A stretch of DNA of 61,125 bases, counting the filler, from Sandaracinaceae bacterium (GTDB lineage: Bacteria; Myxococcota_A; Polyangia; Polyangiales; JADJQN01): assembly GCA_947483975.1 (NCBI GenBank). It is 11 parts of 11 records of this genome, joined end to end, with 100 filler letters (N's around TTAATTAATTAA, not from the genome) between each part and the next. Parts side by side here need not be neighbours in the genome. Positions count along the whole stretch, not along the records: positions 16,903 to 22,408 come from CANKOL010000350.1; positions 22,509 to 28,000 come from CANKOL010000351.1; positions 28,101 to 33,566 come from CANKOL010000352.1; 8 more parts are not named here. The stretch is one strand, 5' to 3'. This document shows, one piece after another, positions 17,836 to 29,294 of the stretch. The notes under the pieces were generated by a model. The model searched no databases. It was given only the letters and a program-made list of their open reading frames with translations, and was not told the origin of the DNA. Within the stretch, counting starts at the first letter, position 1. Each line of letters opens with the position of its first letter. The position numbers were made by a program, and so were the translations under genes.

Positions 17836-18191
17836 TCGGGCTCCACGTACTGACTCGCCGCGAGGAGCTCGTAGAGCGCCGCCGCCTCGTGCTCGGCAAG
17901 CTCGCCGAAGCGCGCCCCGAAGCCGCGCGGCGTGCCATCCGTGCCGTCCGCGACCCAGCGCACCTCTGCGGGCAGCTCGAGCGGCTCCCAGGCGCTCGGC
18001 GCCGAGATCGCGAGCACGATGCCGGTGCCTGGCTCCGGCGGGCGCTCGGCCTCGATGAACGCGCCCAGCATCCCGACGTCGCTCGTGCGTCCGAGCAGCT
18101 CGAGCACGGCCCCCACCTCGGCGCGGCGAAAGCGCACCGACAGCGTGACCGGCTGCCGCGCGCCGCGGCGGAAGTGTGTGCTCGCCGACAT
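17832..18191 (-). CDS. PilZ domain protein
   Basis: RRGAR (RxxxR), DVGMLG, AEVRW, GFGARF. Confidence 0.85.
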   Translation of the reverse strand: MSASTHFRRGARQPVTLSVRFRRAEVGAVLELLGRTSDVGMLGAFIEAERPPEPGTGIVLAISAPSAWEPLELPAEVRWVADGTDGTPRGFGARFGELAEHEAAALYELLAASQYVEPE

Positions 18192-18254
18192 TCCGCGCAG
18201 ACAATAGCACTCGCGCGCGCCGGTCGATGCGCCGCTCGCAACGCCGCGCGGCCG

Positions 18255-19799
18255 CTAGCGAGCGCGGCGGCGCAGCTCGGCGAAGAGCAGCTCGAGCTCC
18301 TCCCGACCGAACGGCTTGTCGAGGCGCGGCTGCGGCACCGCGTCGAGAAACGCTCGGGCGCGGGCGGTGAACGCCCCGCCCGTCATGAACAGGAAGCTCC
18401 GCGCTTGCTCCGGCGCCCGCTCGAGCACCGCCTCGTAGAGCTCCATGCCGGTCATCTCGGGCATCATCAGATCGCAGAGGATGACGTCCCAGCGCTCGCC
18501 GGCCTCGATCCGGACGAGCGCCGCGCGGGCGCTCGTCTCGCGCTCGAGCTCGTGCCGCCCGCGGACCATGCGCTCGACCGCAGCGCCGAGCATCGCCTCA
18601 TCATCGACGACGAGCACACGCAGGCGCTCGGAGACGCGCGCCCGCGACGAAGGCGGCGGGGTCGGGCGCGGCGCCGTGCTCGCGGCGGGCAGGCGCACCT
18701 CGAAGATCGTGCCGCGATCGGGGCGCGCGCGCAGGGAGATCGTCCCGCCGTGATCTTGCACGATGCGGTGACAGATCGAGAGGCCGAGCCCGGCGCCCTC
18801 GCCCACCGCGCGCGTCGTGAAGAACGGGTCGAACACGCGGCTCGCGAGCTCGGGCGGCACGCCGCGCCCCGTGTCCTGCACCTCGATGACGACGTGCCCC
18901 GCCTCGGCGCGCACGACCACGCGCACCTCGTTGCTCTCGACGCTGCCCTCATCGAGCGACTGCGCCGCGTTGACGATCAGCGTCGAGAACAGCTGCGCGA
19001 GCCCCGCGTCGGTGCCCGTGACGTGCGGCACATGCTCGAACGCGCGCACGAGGCGCCCGCGGTGCCGGATCTCGTTCGCGGCGACGCGCAGGCACGACTC
19101 CATCACGGCGACGACGTCGATCGGGCCCGCGCCCTCGACGGCGGGGCGCGCGAAGGAGCGCAGATCCCGCACGGTGCGGCGCACTCGGTCCGCCCCGGCG
19201 CGCGCATCGGTGAGCGCGCGGACGGCCTCATCGAGGACCGCGGCTTCCTGTGGATCGGCGCGCAGCCGGAGCGCGTCGAGCTGCTCGCCGAGGTACGCGA
19301 GGTTCGTGGTGACGACCGCGAGCGGGTTGTTCACCTCGTGCGCGATGCCGGCGGCGAGCGTCCCGACCGCCGCCATGCGCTCCGAGAGCACGAGCTTCTC
19401 GTGCATCCGCCGCGTCGCGGTCATGTCGCGGTGCACGATGGTCACCTCCTCGTGCCCCGAGCGCACGAGGCGCAGCTCCACGACCATCGGATGCCCCGTC
19501 GCGTCGGCGCCCGAGACCTCCACCGTCTGGAGCTCGCCCGTCGCGAGCGCGCGCTCGAGCCGGTCGACGACCGAGGCGCGCACGGGGACCGCGAAGAGCT
19601 CCGCGAAGACCGCGCCGCGCTCGGGACGGTCGATGAACAGCGATCGACCACCCGGCGCGTGATGCAGATCGAGGACGAGCCCGCCCGCGTTCACTCGGAA
19701 CATCGAGTCCGGCAGGCTCCTGACGAGCGCTTGATAGCTCTCGAGGAGGCTCGAGAACTCGTGAGGCGGCAGCGAGTGCAGGTCGGTCGGCTGGCTCAT
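18255..19799 (-). CDS. Hybrid sensor histidine kinase (PAS-HisKA-HATPase-REC)
   Basis: AHEVNNPL, DTGRG, FDPFFTT, GAGLGL; receiver VVDDE, CDLMMP, KPF. Confidence 0.93.
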   Translation of the reverse strand: MSQPTDLHSLPPHEFSSLLESYQALVRSLPDSMFRVNAGGLVLDLHHAPGGRSLFIDRPERGAVFAELFAVPVRASVVDRLERALATGELQTVEVSGADATGHPMVVELRLVRSGHEEVTIVHRDMTATRRMHEKLVLSERMAAVGTLAAGIAHEVNNPLAVVTTNLAYLGEQLDALRLRADPQEAAVLDEAVRALTDARAGADRVRRTVRDLRSFARPAVEGAGPIDVVAVMESCLRVAANEIRHRGRLVRAFEHVPHVTGTDAGLAQLFSTLIVNAAQSLDEGSVESNEVRVVVRAEAGHVVIEVQDTGRGVPPELASRVFDPFFTTRAVGEGAGLGLSICHRIVQDHGGTISLRARPDRGTIFEVRLPAASTAPRPTPPPSSRARVSERLRVLVVDDEAMLGAAVERMVRGRHELERETSARAALVRIEAGERWDVILCDLMMPEMTGMELYEAVLERAPEQARSFLFMTGGAFTARARAFLDAVPQPRLDKPFGREELELLFAELRRRAR

Positions 19800-19883
19800 G
19801 GCGGGCGCGCGGCTAGGGCGATGCTGGCCCGATCGTATGGACCGGTCCAGCCACGATCCAAAAGAACTGCTAAGAGCCCCGCG

Positions 19884-20723
19884 ATGACGCCAGTAGAGCG
19901 ACTCGAGCGCGAACTCTCTCGAGATCTCGGCCGCGCCATCGCGGACTTCGGCCTCATCAGCGAGGGCGACCGCATCATGGTCTGCCTCTCGGGCGGCAAG
20001 GACAGCTACACGATGCTGCACCTGCTCGAGCGCGCGCGGCGCCGCGCCCCGGTGCGCTTCGAGCTCGTCGCGGTGCACCTCGATCAGGGGCATCCCGGCT
20101 ACGACGGCTCGCCGCTCGAGGGCTGGCTGAGCGAGCACGGCTACGAGCATCGCATCCTGCGCGAGGACACCTACTCGATCGTCACCGACAAGCTCGACGC
20201 CGGCTCGACCTACTGCTCGCTCTGCTCGCGGCTGCGGCGCGGCGTGCTCTACAACGCGGCGCAGGCGCTCGGCTGCACGAAGCTCGCCCTCGGCCATCAC
20301 CGCGACGACGCGCTCGAGACGCTCCTCTTGAACCTGATGTTCACCGGCTCGCTGAAGGCGATGCCGCCGAAGCTGCTGAGCGACGACGGGCGCAACGTCG
20401 TCATTCGCCCGCTGATCTACTGCGCAGAGGCGCGCATCGCGGAGCTCGCGGAGCTGCTGCGCTTTCCGATCCTGCCGTGCGACCTCTGCGGCTCGCAGGA
20501 GCACCTGATGCGCAAGCAGGTCAAGCGCCTGCTCCTCGACATGGAGCAGCTCGCGCCGCGCGTCAGAGAGTCGATGCTCGGCGCCCTCGGCAACGTGAAG
20601 CCCTCGCATCTGCTCGACACCGAGCTGTGGGAGAAGCTCGCGCTGCCCGTCGCGCGCGAGAGCGACGAGGCCCTGCGCGCGCCTCAAGCAGACGGCGTGC
20701 GTCGGCTGCCCATCGTCGACTGA
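19884..20723 (+). CDS. ttcA: tRNA 2-thiocytidine(32) synthetase
   Basis: SGGKDS, CSLCSRLRRG, LGHHRDD, MPPKL, PCDLCGSQ. Confidence 0.96.
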   Translation: MTPVERLERELSRDLGRAIADFGLISEGDRIMVCLSGGKDSYTMLHLLERARRRAPVRFELVAVHLDQGHPGYDGSPLEGWLSEHGYEHRILREDTYSIVTDKLDAGSTYCSLCSRLRRGVLYNAAQALGCTKLALGHHRDDALETLLLNLMFTGSLKAMPPKLLSDDGRNVVIRPLIYCAEARIAELAELLRFPILPCDLCGSQEHLMRKQVKRLLLDMEQLAPRVRESMLGALGNVKPSHLLDTELWEKLALPVARESDEALRAPQADGVRRLPIVD

Positions 20724-20764
20724 GATCGAGGCCTTGCGCGACGCGCGCTGATATCCTCCCGCGC

Positions 20765-22408
<1,644 letters not shown>

Positions 22409-22508
22409 NNNNNNNNNNNNNNNNNNNNNNNNNNNNNNNNNNNNNNNNNNNNTTAATTAATTAANNNNNNNNNNNNNNNNNNNNNNNNNNNNNNNNNNNN
22501 NNNNNNNN
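22409..22508. other. Artificial contig linker
   Basis: N44-TTAATTAATTAA-N44. Confidence 0.99.
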
Positions 22509-22645
22509 GCCGCCGGAGCCGCGGCTCGCGCTGCGCTCGGCGTCGCTGCGCGCGCCGGCGTCTTGCCCGTCGCCGTCTTGCCCGTCGCCGTCTTGCCCGC
22601 CGCCGTCGTGGACTTGCTGCCCGTGGTCGTCTTCTTGGTCGCCAA
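22509..22645 (-). CDS. Lys/Thr/Ala-rich N-terminus of the gene after proA (possibly RsfS with an extended N-terminus; truncated)
   Basis: GAGGGAG RBS and TTG start; MATKKTTTGSKSTTAAGKTATGKTATGKT. Identity is inferred only from the common proBA-rsfS gene order. Confidence 0.4.
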
Positions 22646-22671
22646 ACGCTCTCCCTCGCCGGTCGCAGCGC

Positions 22672-23955
22672 TCAGCCGCGGACCTGCCCGTCTCCGTAGC
22701 CAGTCCACTTCTGAGTGCAGAGCTCGCGTAGGCCCATCGGGCCGTAGGCGTGCATCTTCGTCGTCGAGATCCCGATCTCGGCCCCGAGCCCGAGCTCGCT
22801 CCCATCGTTGAAGCGCGTCGAAGCGTTCACGAGCACGAGGCTCGCGTCCACCTCGCGCACGAAGCGCTGCGCGTGCGCGTAGCTCTTGGTGACGATGACC
22901 TCGGTGTGGAACGTCCCGTGGCGCTCGATGTGCGCGAGGGCGCCGTCGAGGCCGTCCACGATCGCGATCGCGAGCACGAGGTCGAGATACTCGGTGTCCC
23001 AGTCCGCGGGAGTCGCCTTCGCGACGTCGGCGACGAGCGCTCGGACCGCGGCGTCTCCTCGCACCTCGACGCCGTTCGCCCGCATCGCCGCGACGATGCG
23101 CGGCACGAACGTCGGCGCGCAGGCGCTGTCGATCAGCAGCGTCTCGAGCGCGTTGCACACGCCCGGGCGCTGAACCTTGGAGTTCAAAGCGATCGCCTCG
23201 GCCATCGCGAAGTCCGCGTCGCCGTCGACGTAGACGTGACAGACGCCCTTGTAGTGCTGGATCACCGGGACGCGCGCGTGCTCGGTGACGAAGCGGATCA
23301 GCGACTCGCCCCCGCGCGGGATCGCGAGGTCGACGACGCCGACTTGGCGAAGCAGCGCGAGCGTCGCCTCGCGGTCGGTCGTCGGCAGCAGCGCGACCGC
23401 GTCCTTCGGCACGCCCTCGGCCGCGAGGGCCTCGGCGAACACCGTGGCGATCGCGTGGTTCGAGCGCACGGCCTCCGAGCCGCCGCGCAGGATGCACGCG
23501 TTGCCGCTCTTGAGGCAGAGCGCCGCCGCGTCGCTCGTGACGTTCGGGCGGGCCTCGTAGACGATCGCGATCAGGCCGAGCGGCACGCGCATCCGCCCGA
23601 CGGTCAGCCCGTTCGGCAAGCGGCGCTGCTCGCTGACCTCGCCCACCGGATCCGGCAGCCCGACGATGTGCTCGATCGCGCTCGCCATGCCCTCGACGCG
23701 CGCGCGGTCGAGGCGCAGACGATCGAGCATCGCGGGCGACAGCCCACGCTCCCGGGCCACGGCGCAGTCTTCGGCGTTCGCCGCGAGGATCTCCTCGAGA
23801 TGCGCCCCGCGGAGCCCGGCGGCCGCGCGACGCAGCACGGCGTCCTTCTTCAGCGACGAGAGCTGCGCGACGACGCGCGACGCTGCCTTCGCGCGACGCG
23901 CGAGCTCCTCCACGAGGCGCGCGACTTCCTGCATCGCCTGCACGTCCTCGCTCAT
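22672..23955 (-). CDS. proA: Gamma-glutamyl phosphate reductase
   Basis: YEARPNVT, LRGGSEA, IPRGGESLI, CNALETLL, NASTRFNDG.ELGLGAEIGIST.KMHAYGPMGL. Confidence 0.97.
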   Translation of the reverse strand: MSEDVQAMQEVARLVEELARRAKAASRVVAQLSSLKKDAVLRRAAAGLRGAHLEEILAANAEDCAVARERGLSPAMLDRLRLDRARVEGMASAIEHIVGLPDPVGEVSEQRRLPNGLTVGRMRVPLGLIAIVYEARPNVTSDAAALCLKSGNACILRGGSEAVRSNHAIATVFAEALAAEGVPKDAVALLPTTDREATLALLRQVGVVDLAIPRGGESLIRFVTEHARVPVIQHYKGVCHVYVDGDADFAMAEAIALNSKVQRPGVCNALETLLIDSACAPTFVPRIVAAMRANGVEVRGDAAVRALVADVAKATPADWDTEYLDLVLAIAIVDGLDGALAHIERHGTFHTEVIVTKSYAHAQRFVREVDASLVLVNASTRFNDGSELGLGAEIGISTTKMHAYGPMGLRELCTQKWTGYGDGQVRG

Positions 23956-24040
23956 CCCCTTCACCGGCTCAGCCACTGCGGCGACGTTGGCACCATCGCG
24001 ATCGCGACGCAACGAGGTGCGCGCGCGCCGCGGAGGCTCG

Positions 24041-25150
24041 TCAAACCACGACCAGATCGTCCGCGTGCACGATCTCGTCGGAGCCCGGTCGCCCGAGGCG
24101 CGCCTCGATCTCGCGGGTCTGCGCGCCCGCGAGCCGCGAGACGTCCCGCGTGTCGTAGCGCGCCAGCCCCCGCGCGACCTCGAGCCCCTCGGGCCCCACG
24201 ATCGACACGGGATCGCCCGCCTCGAAGTCGCCACGCACGCCGACGACGCCGCGCGGCAGCAGGCTCTTGTTGCCCCCCGCGACGGCCTTCGCCGCGCCCG
24301 CGTCGACGAGCACCGCGCCGCGCGGCTTGAGCGTGAAGCCGATCCAGTGCTTGCGGCTCGCCATCGCCGTGCCCTGCGGCAGGAACAGGGTGCCGACGTC
24401 CTCGCCGCGCACGATGCGATCGAGGATCTCCGGGTCGCGCGCGTCCGCGACGACGACCGGCACACCGCGCTTGGTCGCCGCGCGCGCTGACGCGAGCTTG
24501 CTCGCCATCCCGCCCGTGCCGACGTCGCTCGTCGAGGCGCGCACGAGCGACGCCGCATCCGCGACGTCCGCCACGACGGGCACGCGCACGCCGTTCGCAT
24601 CGAGCAAGCCCTCGACGTCGGTCAACAGCACGAGCAGCTCCGCGCCGACGAGCGTCGCGACCATGCCGGCGAGCTGATCGTTGTCGCCGAACTTGATCTC
24701 CTCGACGGAGACCGTGTCGTTCTCGTTGATGATCGGCACCGCGCCGAGCCCGACGAGCGTCTCGAGCGCGGCGCGCGCGTTCAAGTAGCGGTCGCGGTCC
24801 GCGAGGTCGGTGTGCGTGAGCAGCACCTGCGCGACGGGCAGCGCGTGGGGCGCGAACGCGTCCTCGTAGGCGCGCATCAGCTGCGACTGCCCCGCCGCGG
24901 CGCTCGCCTGCAAGAGCGCGATCGTCTGCGGGCGCGTCTTCATGCCGAGCCGCTCGAAGCCGAGCGCGATCGCCCCCGACGACACGAGCACGACGCTCTG
25001 CCCGCGAGCGCGCGCGCGGGCGACCTGCGCGGCGACCTGCACGAAGCGCCCGCTCCCGGGCGTCTCCCCTCGCGCGATCGACTTGCTGCCTATCTTGACC
25101 ACGATCCGGCGCGCCTCGGAGAGCGCGGCGCGGGCTGCTTTCGACGTCAT
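24041..25150 (-). CDS. proB: Glutamate 5-kinase with PUA domain
   Basis: VVKIGS, VSSGA, NENDTV..EIKFGDND, GTGGM.SK, C-terminal PUA domain. Confidence 0.97.
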   Translation of the reverse strand: MTSKAARAALSEARRIVVKIGSKSIARGETPGSGRFVQVAAQVARARARGQSVVLVSSGAIALGFERLGMKTRPQTIALLQASAAAGQSQLMRAYEDAFAPHALPVAQVLLTHTDLADRDRYLNARAALETLVGLGAVPIINENDTVSVEEIKFGDNDQLAGMVATLVGAELLVLLTDVEGLLDANGVRVPVVADVADAASLVRASTSDVGTGGMASKLASARAATKRGVPVVVADARDPEILDRIVRGEDVGTLFLPQGTAMASRKHWIGFTLKPRGAVLVDAGAAKAVAGGNKSLLPRGVVGVRGDFEAGDPVSIVGPEGLEVARGLARYDTRDVSRLAGAQTREIEARLGRPGSDEIVHADDLVVV

Positions 25151-25827
25151 CTTGAGGCTGGCTCCACTCGGTCTTCAGGGCTGAAAGGGCTGGCGTCGAG
25201 CGCCTCGTCGAACGCTCTGCGGAGGCGCGTCGCAAGCTCCCCCGGCACGTCCGCGATCCCATCGAAGAGCACGTCGGCGACGCGCTCGACGAGGCCGCGC
25301 CCTTCGGCGTCCTCGGCGCGCGCGGCGCTCGCGGCATCGCGGACCGCGTGCACGACCCCGGCCGGCGCATCGCGCAGCGAGGCGAACGCACCGGGGCCGA
25401 TCGCCGCGTCGATCGCCGCGCGCACCGCGTGCGCCTCGGCCTCGCCGATCGGGCCCGGCCTGCGCCCCGAGGTCGCCAAGTAATGGTCGAGCAGGAGCGC
25501 CGCGATCACCGTCGCGACGGCGTCCTCGGCGCGCGCGGCCATGCGCACCGGCGGCACGAAGCGCGTGATCAGCGACCGCACCGCGCGGACGCCCTTGCCC
25601 CCCGAGGCCTCGCGCACACCGGGCGAAGCGAGCACCTTGCGCGCCGAGCGGCTCAACGCGACGCCGTGCCCGAGCGCGACGCGCCGCAACGCGGCACCGC
25701 GCGCCAGCCCGGAGACGAATCCATCGACGACGGGCACCGGCAGCACGCCCGCGAGCCCCGCGAGGCCAGCATAGACGAGCGTGCGCTCGCTGCTGGTCTT
25801 GCCCTCGCGCTCGTCGTCGTCGGCCAC
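25147..25827 (-). CDS. Hypothetical helical protein coupled to proB (DUF697-like LPVP motif)
   Basis: ATGA overlap with proB; AGVLPVPVVD. GTG 25827 is preferred over ATG 25839 because the latter lies inside a TATGCT -10-like element. Confidence 0.6.
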   Translation of the reverse strand: MADDDEREGKTSSERTLVYAGLAGLAGVLPVPVVDGFVSGLARGAALRRVALGHGVALSRSARKVLASPGVREASGGKGVRAVRSLITRFVPPVRMAARAEDAVATVIAALLLDHYLATSGRRPGPIGEAEAHAVRAAIDAAIGPGAFASLRDAPAGVVHAVRDAASAARAEDAEGRGLVERVADVLFDGIADVPGELATRLRRAFDEALDASPFSPEDRVEPASR

Positions 25828-25909
25828 GCGGCCGAGCATAGCGCGCGCCCCACACGCCCGCCGTCAGCGCATTGCCTTCGCCGCGCGAAGACTTACAGAT
25901 GGACGCGCC

Positions 25910-26608
25910 ATGTACTTCGACCCCGCCTATCTGCTCTTCGTCGGCCCAGCGATGGTGCTCGCGTTCGTCGCCTCGATGATGACGAAGGGTCGCTTCAAGA
26001 AGTGGGCGCAGGTGCCCGGCGCGCGCGGGCTCTCCGGCGCCGAGACCGCGCGCTACATCCTCGACGTGAGCGGCCTGCGCGACGTCGGCATCGAGCCCTC
26101 GCGCGGGATGCTCAGCGATCACTACGACCCGCGCACGCGCGTCGTGCGCCTCTCGCCGGAGGTCTACGGCGGACGCAGCGTCTCCGCGCTCGCGGTCGCC
26201 GCGCACGAGGTCGGGCACGCGATTCAGCACCACGAGAACTACGGCCCGATGGCGCTCCGCACCTTCGCCGTGCCGCTCGCCACGCTCGGCTCGAACCTCG
26301 CGTACATCATCTTCTTCGTCGGGCTCGCGATGCAGGCGATGGCGGTCGCTTGGCTCGGCGTGCTGCTCTTCGCGGGCGTCGTGTTCTTTCAGCTCGTCAC
26401 GCTGCCCGTCGAGCTCGACGCCTCCTCGCGCGCGAAGGCGATCCTCTGGGAGCGTGGGCTCGTCCTGCCGCAGGAGCGTGAGGGCGTCTCGAAGGTGCTC
26501 AACGCCGCCGCGCTCACCTACGTCGCCGCCGCGCTGACGAGCATCCTGACGCTGCTCTACTTCCTGATGCGCCTCGGCGTGTTCGGCGGCGGGCGGCGCA
26601 ACGACTGA
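25910..26608 (+). CDS. Neutral zinc metallopeptidase (YugP / Zn_peptidase_2 family)
   Basis: LSDHYDP, AAHEVGHAIQH, TLPVELDAS.RA, AAALTYVA. Confidence 0.93.
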   Translation: MYFDPAYLLFVGPAMVLAFVASMMTKGRFKKWAQVPGARGLSGAETARYILDVSGLRDVGIEPSRGMLSDHYDPRTRVVRLSPEVYGGRSVSALAVAAHEVGHAIQHHENYGPMALRTFAVPLATLGSNLAYIIFFVGLAMQAMAVAWLGVLLFAGVVFFQLVTLPVELDASSRAKAILWERGLVLPQEREGVSKVLNAAALTYVAAALTSILTLLYFLMRLGVFGGGRRND

Positions 26609-26677
26609 CGCAATCCGCCGCGGACGGGCGCTCGTTCTTGGCCGTCGCGCGCGCTTTTCGCTAGGCTCTGCTCCCCC

Positions 26678-27751
<1,074 letters not shown>

Positions 27752-27758
27752 CGCGCGC

Positions 27759-28000
27759 TCAGCGCAAGACGACGATGCGCGTCACGGACACGCTCGCCGT
27801 GACGCCGGTCGGGGCAGCCTCGAGCGGGGCGGCGGCGCTCGGCGCCGGGGCGAGGGCGCGCGCACGGCCGACGGCGATGCTCGTAGGCGCGTCGTCGTCG
27901 AACTGACCCTGCGGGAGGTCGGAGGCGTCGAGCGTGCCGGGCACCCCCCCGGCGCTCACCGCGACGGAAGCGGCCGCGGCCCGCACGTTCTCGGGCACGC
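27759..28000 (-). CDS. C-terminal fragment of a hypothetical protein (5' truncated)
   Basis: Open frame from the contig edge to a TGA convergent with pilD. Confidence 0.4.
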
Positions 28001-28100
28001 NNNNNNNNNNNNNNNNNNNNNNNNNNNNNNNNNNNNNNNNNNNNTTAATTAATTAANNNNNNNNNNNNNNNNNNNNNNNNNNNNNNNNNNNNNNNNNNNN
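28001..28100. other. Artificial contig linker
   Basis: N44-TTAATTAATTAA-N44. Confidence 0.99.
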
Positions 28101-28575
28101 GCGCGCGAGCGGCAGGCACGGCCCCGGGTGACGCCGTGAGCGCCGCGGCCCTGGCCTCGCTCGGCGAGCCAGCGTCGCGCGGGGAGGCAGCGTCTGCGGT
28201 CGGCGCGTCTGCGGCTCCGGCGTCTTCGTCGGTGCTCTGGGTGGGCGCCTCGGTCGTCGCCGCGGAGGTCTCCACGCCCGGCAAACGAAGGGCTTCGGTG
28301 TCGCCAGCCTGCGCCGCGACGCGCTCCTGGGCGTAGAGGATGCGCTCGCGCGGCTGCGCGGCGGTGTAGTGGTCGAGCCAGGCGACCCAGCACGCGTGCC
28401 GCTCCGTGCGTCGAATGCGCGCGTCGAAGTCCGCCGCGTAGCAGCGCTCGAAATAAGCGCGACTCCGGTGCACCATGCGGAAGCTGGGGGCGCAGCTCGA
28501 GGCGAGCAGCACCGTGAGCACCAGCGCCGCGAGCCCCGCTGCCGGGACTCGAGGCGAAGGCACCACCCCCGACAT
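28101..28575 (-). CDS. Hypothetical lipoprotein (3' truncated)
   Basis: Lipobox LASSC; YFERCYAAD...CW.AWL..YT..Q; low-complexity tail. Confidence 0.6.
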
Positions 28576-28594
28576 CCCTCTGGTGAGGCGACTC

Positions 28595-29149
28595 ATGCAG
28601 CCCGACGATAGCACCCGCCGCACGCGACCCGCCGAGCCCGTCGTCCTCGGGCGAGGGACGCTCGCCGCCGCGGGGCTCGGCGAGGTGACGCTCGAGTGGA
28701 GCGAGCGTGGCGTGACGCGCCTCGAGTTGCTCCCGCGGGCAGGGCAGGCGCCCGCGCTCGACCCGGTGCCGCCGCGCGTCGCCTCCGTGCTCACCGCGTA
28801 CTTCGCGGGCGAGGAGGTCGACCCCGCGCGCGAGCTCGAGGTGGACGTCGTCGGCACGCCGTTTCAGCTCGCCGTCTGGCGCGCGCTGCGGCGGATCCCG
28901 CGCGGCACCGTCCGCACCTACGCGTCCATCGCGCTCGACGTCGGCTCCCCGCGGGCGATGCGCGCCGTCGGGCTGGCGAACGGCGCGAACCCCGTCGCCA
29001 TCATCGTGCCGTGTCATCGCGTCGTCGCGCATGGGCTGGAGCTCGGCGGCTTCAGCGCCGGGCTCGACCGCAAGATCTGGCTCCTCGAGCGCGAGGGCGT
29101 GAAGGTGAGCGGCGGCAAGGTCGTCCCCGGGCAGCTCGGGCTGCTGTGA
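28595..29149 (+). CDS. ogt: Methylated-DNA-protein-cysteine methyltransferase
   Basis: GTPFQ..VW.AL..IP.G, RAVG.ANGANP, PCHRVV. Confidence 0.95.
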   Translation: MQPDDSTRRTRPAEPVVLGRGTLAAAGLGEVTLEWSERGVTRLELLPRAGQAPALDPVPPRVASVLTAYFAGEEVDPARELEVDVVGTPFQLAVWRALRRIPRGTVRTYASIALDVGSPRAMRAVGLANGANPVAIIVPCHRVVAHGLELGGFSAGLDRKIWLLEREGVKVSGGKVVPGQLGLL

Positions 29150-29294
29150 GCGAGCGCCGCACGGCGCTGTGAGCGAGCGCCGGACGTCGATTGCGTTTCG
29201 ACAGTTTGCGCGTGGGGAGCGGTGCTAACGTCCGCCCGCTCCGACCTCTCGTCGGGGCTTTCCTGGGCGCCTTCCGCGCCGAAAGGAGTTCCCC

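Noticed and set aside
17889..19883. Apparent 944-aa TtcA fusion; likewise long N-terminal extensions on proA, purC, cdd, punA and the ArsA-like genes
   Set aside because: The extensions are antisense or off-frame read-through of neighbouring genes; the true starts are internal.
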